Virus record (IMG/VR): IMGVR_UViG_3300049141_000059
Span: 1 to 42,965 of that record
Reading direction: 5' to 3' (one strand)
From: a virus
Lineage: Duplodnaviria > Caudoviricetes
DNA: 42,965 bases
In this document: in pieces, positions 37,018 to 42,965 of the stretch
Layout: each line of letters starts with the position of its first letter
Position numbering within the stretch: the stretch's first letter is position 1
Made by a program: the position numbers and the translations under genes
The notes under the pieces: model-generated
What the model saw: the letters and a program-made list of their open reading frames with translations, nothing else
Databases searched by the model: none
Told to the model about the DNA's origin: nothing

Positions 37018-38022
37018 ATGTCTAACATTGAAAAAATACATAATTCTGTTTCTACTAATGTTACGCAATTATCCGATGATGCCAAAGAATTTATTCTAGC
37101 AAGTCAAGCTGCAAATACTAGACGAGCTTACCAAGCCGATTTGAAACAGTTCAATCAATATATTTCCGATCTTGGTTTATCTGGCCACCAAGTAGATGGA
37201 TATGTTATTGCGAACTACTTATCTGACCTTGCCAAAAATCAAGGCAAGAAAGTATCTACCATTCAACGCCGTTTAATCGCCATCCGTGCTCTGTTCAACC
37301 AATATGGGAACCGATTAATTGAACAAGCAAAAGTACAGGGGACAGTGATGGAATATCACAATCCAGCAGATTCCCTGCATGTAAAGAACACCATGAAAGG
37401 AATCAGTAGAACATATGGGATTGCTCCCAAACAAAAGAAAGCAGCTACAAAAGAAATTGTAGATTCTATGGTTCGAGAGTTGGGTGATGATTTACCCGCA
37501 ATTAGAAACAAAGCCATCTTATCTCTTGGATTCTCCGGAGCATTCCGACGTTCTGAACTTGCTGCTTTGAATGTGGATGATATCCAAGATGATACTGACG
37601 GGATCAAAATACACATACGTCGATCCAAGACCGACCAAATAGGAGAGGGTGAAGTGATCTTTATCTACTACAGCGAAAAAGCCTCTACTTGCCCAGTGCG
37701 ATTATTGAAACGTTGGTTGCGTGAAGCAAATATAAAAGATGGTCCTGTATTCCGTCGCTTTTTCAAAGGCGGAAAAATGGGTAACCGAATCACAGATAGA
37801 ACTGTTGCAGAAGTAATGAAAGATGCATCTGAAAAAGCTGGATTCGATAAATCTGATTTTTCTGGTCACTCTCTCCGACGTGGATTTATTACCACCAATG
37901 CAGATAGAGGACTAGAAGAAAGAGACATCATGCGCCATACACGACATAAAAGCGTTGTAGTATTCCGTCGTTATGTGGAATCGGTAAATGTGAAAAAGAA
38001 CAATCCAACCAAAGGATTATAG
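37018..38022 (+). CDS. Cre-like tyrosine recombinase (probable multimer resolvase)
   Basis: A.NTRRAY, FRRSEL, RSKTDQ, HSLR.G, H.S...RY; no arm-binding N-domain. Confidence 0.92.
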   Translation: MSNIEKIHNSVSTNVTQLSDDAKEFILASQAANTRRAYQADLKQFNQYISDLGLSGHQVDGYVIANYLSDLAKNQGKKVSTIQRRLIAIRALFNQYGNRLIEQAKVQGTVMEYHNPADSLHVKNTMKGISRTYGIAPKQKKAATKEIVDSMVRELGDDLPAIRNKAILSLGFSGAFRRSELAALNVDDIQDDTDGIKIHIRRSKTDQIGEGEVIFIYYSEKASTCPVRLLKRWLREANIKDGPVFRRFFKGGKMGNRITDRTVAEVMKDASEKAGFDKSDFSGHSLRRGFITTNADRGLEERDIMRHTRHKSVVVFRRYVESVNVKKNNPTKGL

Positions 38023-38025
38023 TCG

Positions 38026-38190
38026 CTATACACTAGCGGCTTTTTTCACATCCTCAAACCTCACCAGCTCATGATAATCATCCCTACATATCACCTGATA
38101 ATGCTTAATCCTACGATTAACGTAGAATACAATTCCATGCCGACCATCTTTTGTTTGAATAGTGTCGCCTTTTCTGAGAATTGGAACCAT
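38026..38190 (-). CDS. 54-aa basic protein (KOW/SH3-like)
   Basis: AGGAGG RBS; MVPILRKGDTIQTKDGRHGIV... Confidence 0.6.
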   Translation of the reverse strand: MVPILRKGDTIQTKDGRHGIVFYVNRRIKHYQVICRDDYHELVRFEDVKKAASV

Positions 38191-38477
38191 TCGATCATCC
38201 TCCTGTATGTAAAATATCTAATATACGCCGTTCTGAGAGGTTTTTTGATACATGGCAATGTCATTGTATATAAGTTATAAAAATCTCTATATAGTGCTAT
38301 ATTCTTTGAATTACGATAAACAAAGAAAAACACGATCATATGACCGTGCTTCTCAAATAGAAAACCCCCACGAGCTGTGCAGACCTCATTTTCACTGGAG
38401 GAGTGTGACTGTTTTTGTCTTCCGCTCGTCGGGGTTTGGTATGTGTGACAAACTAATTTATCCTTTTATACTTACTA

Positions 38478-38906
38478 TCATGATAGCATGGATTGTTTCC
38501 CAAAAGTTCCCGCATTCTTCCCATATAACAGGCTTACAATCTTATCGAGTATGGCATCCTTTTGACGGTAGTAAGTTGATTTGCTCATATGTAGTTGCTG
38601 CCAGATGATGTTTATAAGCAGTTTTTCTTCTTGGAAGTAAGTAAGCTTGATTAGTTCTTTTTCCTTTGGTGATAAAAAGGATAGAGCAAGTTCCACATCT
38701 TCCACAAGTGCTCTCCGTTCAGCTCTGATGAATGCGTATTTTTCTGTTGATGATATAAATTCTTGTTCTCCACCTTGGACTCTCTCTTCGTATGAGGGAA
38801 CACAAGCAGGTAATATGTTCATGGACCTTCTATATGCTGGGTATTTTCTCAACATTGCTTCTACTTCACGGCGGTAATCCAATTTAGGTTCTCCCAACGT
38901 TACCAC
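38478..38906 (-). CDS. ArpU/RinA-family late transcriptional activator
   Basis: V...L..Y, STE..A, L...E..LI...Y, MSKSTYYRQK; start perhaps TTG at 38897. Confidence 0.85.
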   Translation of the reverse strand: MVTLGEPKLDYRREVEAMLRKYPAYRRSMNILPACVPSYEERVQGGEQEFISSTEKYAFIRAERRALVEDVELALSFLSPKEKELIKLTYFQEEKLLINIIWQQLHMSKSTYYRQKDAILDKIVSLLYGKNAGTFGKQSMLS

Positions 38907-38997
38907 TCCTATGTGTTATAATGCTGGTGTGTAGTTCCATCAATTGAACCAAGGGAGCCCCCTGCGAATGTTGCACCATTTGCAAGGGGTTTTTTGC

Positions 38998-39948
38998 TTA
39001 TTCTGTTTCCATGATTGCTTTTAATATTGGGTAAACGACTTGGGGAACAACGGTGTTTCCCAAAGCTCTTAACCGATCCTTACGATCCTTTACACCTTCC
39101 GCAACTCTTGGAGGTTCCCAATCATATTGTTCTAATCCAAGTCCTGCGGGCCATCTATGTTCGTCCAATTTAAAGGATATCCCATCAAGCACTCCACCCA
39201 ATCGGGATTCAATTGACCGCTCTTGTCGGATGCACACATTGATAGATTCACTTGCTTTCCTTTCGCTAATCTTCGTTGTATTGATGGATTCGATAAATTC
39301 CCCCTGTCCCTGTTGTCGGATGCCTGTGGAGTTGGCCAAAGTTTTACATGCTTTACCTGATCGTTTAAATTTATCGATGTTTGATTTGTTTCCTTGCATT
39401 TTTGGTAAAATTCTATACTCTTTGGACCTCTGTTCCCGTCTGATGCTGTCGGAGTACGCCACAATGAAGATTCGATTCCTTTGGTGCGGCGCACCGACTG
39501 ACGAAGCTGGTATAACAAACGCCCCTGTTTGGTAACCTTCGTTTTCCAAGTCATTGATGATGAGATCGAGGGCCAGTTTGATAAATCCAGTAACGTTTTC
39601 GACAAGTACCCAAGTGGGTCGGACTTCCTGAATGATTCGGTACATCTCAGGCCATAAGTGCCGTTCATCGTCTGTTCCTTTTTGTTTTCCTGCGACTGAG
39701 AAGGGCTGGCAAGGAATCCCACCGCAAATAAGTCTAATTGGATCGCTTTCACTCATAACACCGTCCTTTTCTAGTTGCTTTCTGGTAACTGCTCGTACAT
39801 TGTCATAAATTGGAACTTTGGGAAAATTCTTATTGAGCACCTTTTGACAAAATGGATCAATCTCACAAAAGGCTGCTGTTGTCATTCCTGCCCAATGTCC
39901 TGATAAAGCAAATCCTCCAATACCACTGAACAAATCAAGCACCTTCAT
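38998..39948 (-). CDS. C5-cytosine DNA methyltransferase, alpha polypeptide
   Basis: DLFSGIGG, GGIPCQ, ENV, R.RIF, motif X LGNTVVP; motif IX absent. Confidence 0.92.
   Translation of the reverse strand: MKVLDLFSGIGGFALSGHWAGMTTAAFCEIDPFCQKVLNKNFPKVPIYDNVRAVTRKQLEKDGVMSESDPIRLICGGIPCQPFSVAGKQKGTDDERHLWPEMYRIIQEVRPTWVLVENVTGFIKLALDLIINDLENEGYQTGAFVIPASSVGAPHQRNRIFIVAYSDSIRREQRSKEYRILPKMQGNKSNIDKFKRSGKACKTLANSTGIRQQGQGEFIESINTTKISERKASESINVCIRQERSIESRLGGVLDGISFKLDEHRWPAGLGLEQYDWEPPRVAEGVKDRKDRLRALGNTVVPQVVYPILKAIMETE
39132..39752 (-). CDS. Nested alternate-frame beta polypeptide of the methyltransferase
   Basis: Two LW.TP.ASD repeats plus LNPDWVECLMGYP.NWT (motif IX). Confidence 0.8.
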   Translation of the reverse strand: MKAIQLDLFAVGFLASPSQSQENKKEQTMNGTYGLRCTESFRKSDPLGYLSKTLLDLSNWPSISSSMTWKTKVTKQGRLLYQLRQSVRRTKGIESSLWRTPTASDGNRGPKSIEFYQKCKETNQTSINLNDQVKHVKLWPTPQASDNRDRGNLSNPSIQRRLAKGKQVNLSMCASDKSGQLNPDWVECLMGYPLNWTNIDGPQDLD

Positions 39949-40297
39949 TTGCTTCCAACTCCTTGAAATGCTCTATTACTTCTGTTTCTTCAACTTCTCC
40001 AAAGTCACCCAAGTAAAACGCTTTCCCGTAATGAGTAAGAGCAACCCATCTTCCATTTCTAAAAGTAATCCCTTTTAATCCCGGTTTAGGCACTAATCTA
40101 TGATCTATCTTTTCTGTCCAGTATTGATTAGCTGTACGATAATACTCAAATTGACCATTTTCTCTCAACTTCACAATAATATTTACAATGGCTTTCTGTG
40201 TTCGTCCGAGTTCAGCAGCAATTTCTTTTGCTGTGAGAAATCCATAATATTTACAGATATATTCAAGTTCTGATTGGGAATAAGATTTACCATTCAT
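39935..40297 (-). CDS. Putative DNA-binding protein (HTH plus AP2-like C-terminus)
   Basis: KEIAAELGRT..AI; KGI.F..GRW.A....K..YLG.F. Confidence 0.6.
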   Translation of the reverse strand: MNGKSYSQSELEYICKYYGFLTAKEIAAELGRTQKAIVNIIVKLRENGQFEYYRTANQYWTEKIDHRLVPKPGLKGITFRNGRWVALTHYGKAFYLGDFGEVEETEVIEHFKELEANEGA

Positions 40298-40488
40298 GAT
40301 GCCATTCCCCCATTTTCATAGTTGTAAGGCTCTAAACCGTTGCCGCGATCTATCAGAAACGTTGTGATGGTATGTGGTTCGATCCTGTGCTGCTGGAGCT
40401 TCTCTGGAATCTTGCTTTCGTTCTTGATCCAAGTTAGGAGACCACATTCATGAGGATCGTTGTAGAACACCCTTATTTTGATGCTCAT
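40294..40488 (-). CDS. Hypothetical protein
   Basis: ATGA-coupled to neighbours. Confidence 0.7.
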   Translation of the reverse strand: MSIKIRVFYNDPHECGLLTWIKNESKIPEKLQQHRIEPHTITTFLIDRGNGLEPYNYENGGMAS

Positions 40489-40727
40489 GATGCCTCCTCC
40501 TTATAGATAATGGTGCTACGTCCTATTTCCTTGGAGACGATTATTACCATATCCAAGTGATCCGCTTTGGAAATGGCTTCTGCTGCTGCCTCTGCTTTGA
40601 TCCGTGTAGGAAATTTAAAAGTTATCGATCTATCAAAGGACCACACCACGTGAGGTCCATATTTCCCATTTTCGTAGAATCTCAGATACTCTCTAGTTGC
40701 TGGGCGGTAGATCGAATACTCGTTCAT
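40485..40727 (-). CDS. Hypothetical protein
   Basis: ATGA-coupled to neighbours. Confidence 0.7.
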   Translation of the reverse strand: MNEYSIYRPATREYLRFYENGKYGPHVVWSFDRSITFKFPTRIKAEAAAEAISKADHLDMVIIVSKEIGRSTIIYKEEAS

Positions 40728-40876
40728 TGTTCATCCTCCTCACCCTTGATCATCCGTTCTAAACACTCCAATACATCCGAACGTCCTTCCCAATATGGGG
40801 CTTGCCATGTTTCATATATGCTGCTACAGTGTTTTTTCTTCTTCTTAATCCAATCTAAAATCGCTTCCTTTGTCAT
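40724..40876 (-). CDS. Hypothetical protein
   Basis: GGGAG RBS before MTKEA; coupled. Confidence 0.6.
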   Translation of the reverse strand: MTKEAILDWIKKKKKHCSSIYETWQAPYWEGRSDVLECLERMIKGEEDEQ

Positions 40877-41124
40877 GATGCGTCTCCCTCTCTCCAAAAG
40901 ATTTCCATTCTCCGTGCGTGTTCTGCTGGCGTTTCTATGTTGTTGGAGCATCCTGTCACCTTGACCAGCTCCAATTTAATGCGATCCATTTCCTTTGATG
41001 TAAGCAATAGTGATTCTATTGTGATTTCTCCAAGCCAGTGGAGAATACAGGCTTTAGATGCTCTCTCTTGTGCTTCCTCTAAACAATCGAGTAGATACTC
41101 CTTGTCGATCCCTTGAAATATCAT
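40873..41124 (-). CDS. Hypothetical protein
   Basis: AAGGGGG RBS before MIFQG. Confidence 0.6.
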   Translation of the reverse strand: MIFQGIDKEYLLDCLEEAQERASKACILHWLGEITIESLLLTSKEMDRIKLELVKVTGCSNNIETPAEHARRMEIFWREGDAS

Positions 41125-41235
41125 CGATGCTTCCCCCTTGATTTGCCCACTGTGATGTCGTACAATGGGCAATGTGTATAAAATATCTAGCCATCGTTTT
41201 AAAAAAGCCAACTTCTGCCCAGTCGATTGGCTTTT

Positions 41236-42546
41236 TTACATTCTCTTCAACTGAACTAAATCTCTAAACTGATTCACCTCTTTGAAGAAACACAGTTTCA
41301 CTACTCCTGTTGGTCCGTTTCTCTGCTTCCCGATGATCACTTCTACTATGTTTCGATCTTCTGTATCAGTGTTGTAATATTCATCTCGATATAGAAACAT
41401 AATCAGATCAGCATCTTGTTCTATCGATCCAGATTCACGAAGATCAGACATCATCGGACGCTTGTCTTGTCGTTGTTCTAGCGTTCGACTTAACTGAGCT
41501 AGTGCAATGATAGGGATATCAAATTCCTTAGCCATCATCTTTAGTTGTCTAGTTATTTCTGCTACTTCCAAATGTCTGTCTTTTCTGCCTGAGCCTTGTA
41601 CAAATTGAAGGTAATCAAGAATGATACAAGATAGTCCACGTTCTCTTTTCACTCGTCTGGCTCTGGCTCTCATATCTTGGATGGTCAATCCTGGTTGATC
41701 ATCGATCATTAACTTATGACGACTGAGATTCCCCATTGATTGAACATAACGCTCATACTCTGCATCTGTGACCAATCCCGTGTTTAGCTTTTGAAGATCT
41801 ACTGTTGCATCTTCTGCAATCATCCGTTTAGAAAGTGCATCGCTGCTCATCTCTAAGGAGAAAAAAAGCGTTGTGTTATTTTTACTGATGTTCTTCGCTA
41901 ATTGGAGCGCAAAAGCTGTTTTCCCCATTGAGGGGCGACCTCCTATAATAATGAGATCTGACTTTTGGAATCCTGCTGTTTTAGTGTCTAAGTCAGTGAA
42001 CCCTGACGGAAGACCTGTGATCCCTTCCCCACGTTGATATGCTGCCTCGAACTTTTGGGCGAAACGGTATAAAGAATCTTCTAGAGTGTGAAGCGTTTCA
42101 TTCGGATTTGCGTCATTCAATACATTTGCTACCTTGCTTTCTACTTCGTTTATTGCGTTTCTTATTTCATCTGGATCTCGTAATGCACCAAGTTGAGTCA
42201 TTTCATTTCCGATTCGCAAAACCTCGCGCAAGCTCCACAAATCCCTAAGACGTTCCGCGTGACTACGCACATTCCCTATGTGATAAACTGACTCAGCGGT
42301 TTCAATAAGCTTTGTTGCTAACACTCCTTGATCCGTTAAACCAGTAACGATATTAACCAAATCAACTGATGTTTCATCCTCTCTCCAGAGTTTCAACATC
42401 CTTTCATAAGACAAACGGTACACCCTGTGATAAAAGTGTTCTGGTTTCAATATGTCTGCAACTTCTGATATCTTCGCCGGATCAAGGATCATCGATCCAA
42501 TAAGGTCCATTTCTAACTGACTATCAAACGCTCTTTCAAGCTCCAT
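41236..42546 (-). CDS. dnaB: Replicative DNA helicase
   Basis: GRPSMGKT, FSLEM, DYLQ, AQLSR, DLRESGSIEQDAD, KQRNG. Confidence 0.97.
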   Translation of the reverse strand: MELERAFDSQLEMDLIGSMILDPAKISEVADILKPEHFYHRVYRLSYERMLKLWREDETSVDLVNIVTGLTDQGVLATKLIETAESVYHIGNVRSHAERLRDLWSLREVLRIGNEMTQLGALRDPDEIRNAINEVESKVANVLNDANPNETLHTLEDSLYRFAQKFEAAYQRGEGITGLPSGFTDLDTKTAGFQKSDLIIIGGRPSMGKTAFALQLAKNISKNNTTLFFSLEMSSDALSKRMIAEDATVDLQKLNTGLVTDAEYERYVQSMGNLSRHKLMIDDQPGLTIQDMRARARRVKRERGLSCIILDYLQFVQGSGRKDRHLEVAEITRQLKMMAKEFDIPIIALAQLSRTLEQRQDKRPMMSDLRESGSIEQDADLIMFLYRDEYYNTDTEDRNIVEVIIGKQRNGPTGVVKLCFFKEVNQFRDLVQLKRM

Positions 42547-42965
42547 TTATTTGTGCCTCCTTGCGTTTCCGCATTCTTTCTTCTTTGACTCTTCGCATTT
42601 CTTCTTCTACACTCATTTGTCGTTGCTCATCTATTGATGAAGGCATGTTTACTCTTACACCTTCTGTTTTCGGCTTTCCAGGGAATGGAGTGACATTACT
42701 TTTTGATTTTTGCTTTTCGGGCTTATACTCAATCCAGTATTGATAATCCATTTTTTTGCTTAGAAATGTACTTGGGTACTTAATGTAATCTGGATCAGTT
42801 CCTTTGATTTCACAATGTTTAGCATAATTTTGCGCTGCTATCATTAGGTTTTCTTTACTTATTTCTTTAGTTCTAGCTTTCCAGAGACTTAGAGCCTTTT
42901 TCTTTTCTATTTTCTTCGGATAAACTGACCAGAATCTTTCAAAGTCATCAGGATAAACATTTTTT
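42536..42965 (-). CDS. Replication initiator, C-terminal part (joins 1..567 across the junction)
   Basis: AAQNY...YIKYPSTFL pattern; frame is continuous through the terminal repeat. Confidence 0.85.
   Translation of the reverse strand, partial: KNVYPDDFERFWSVYPKKIEKKKALSLWKARTKEISKENLMIAAQNYAKHCEIKGTDPDYIKYPSTFLSKKMDYQYWIEYKPEKQKSKSNVTPFPGKPKTEGVRVNMPSSIDEQRQMSVEEEMRRVKEERMRKRKEAQINGA
42839..42965. repeat. 127-bp terminal direct repeat (copy 2)
   Basis: Identical to 1-127. Confidence 0.95.

Noticed and set aside
37018-38022. Recombinase as a chromosomal integrase
   Set aside because: Cre-like signatures, no arm-binding domain, far from the repressor, and the element has Rep and Par; integration is not formally excluded
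38071-38608. Track ORFs 38071-38280, 38091-38339 and 38252-38608
   Set aside because: No RBS; the frame with a good RBS is 38026-38190
42839-42965. 127-bp terminal repeat as a biological phage DTR or att site
   Set aside because: The length equals a common assembler k-mer and it falls mid-gene; best read as a circular overlap

Overview
A complete circular genome (bases 1-127 repeat exactly at 42839-42965; unit length about 42,838 bp) of a low-GC Bacillales siphophage that looks like a phage-plasmid. It carries a full virion/lysis module (19225-34865), a lytic replication module (initiator spanning the junction, DnaB, SSB, ERF-like annealase), a cI/cro switch and an ArpU-type late activator. 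Plasmid functions are also present: a second Rep with iterons and a probable antisense RNA, a type Ib ParA plus RHH partition pair, and a Cre-like recombinase with a lox-like site. A transfer-like module comprises a VirD4/TraD-type ATPase, a Replic_Relax-type protein and an Spd-like membrane protein, but no T4SS. The most unusual signals are: (i) an HTH-TPR (RRNPP-like) regulator followed by two unannotated leaderless micro-ORFs, MGDPRDG and MLLGDPSDA; (ii) an in-register array of about 80 octamers, matching the parA promoter repeats, that also forms the coding sequence of the partition adaptor; (iii) small genes delimited by a 22-bp repeat that starts at the stop codon; (iv) two tandem sRNA-like units sharing a hairpin, one complementary to the parA RBS/AUG; (v) a nested beta polypeptide in the C5-methyltransferase; (vi) a probable +1 tail-chaperone frameshift at UCC UUU CGC. 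All family calls come from motif recognition by eye; no searches were run.
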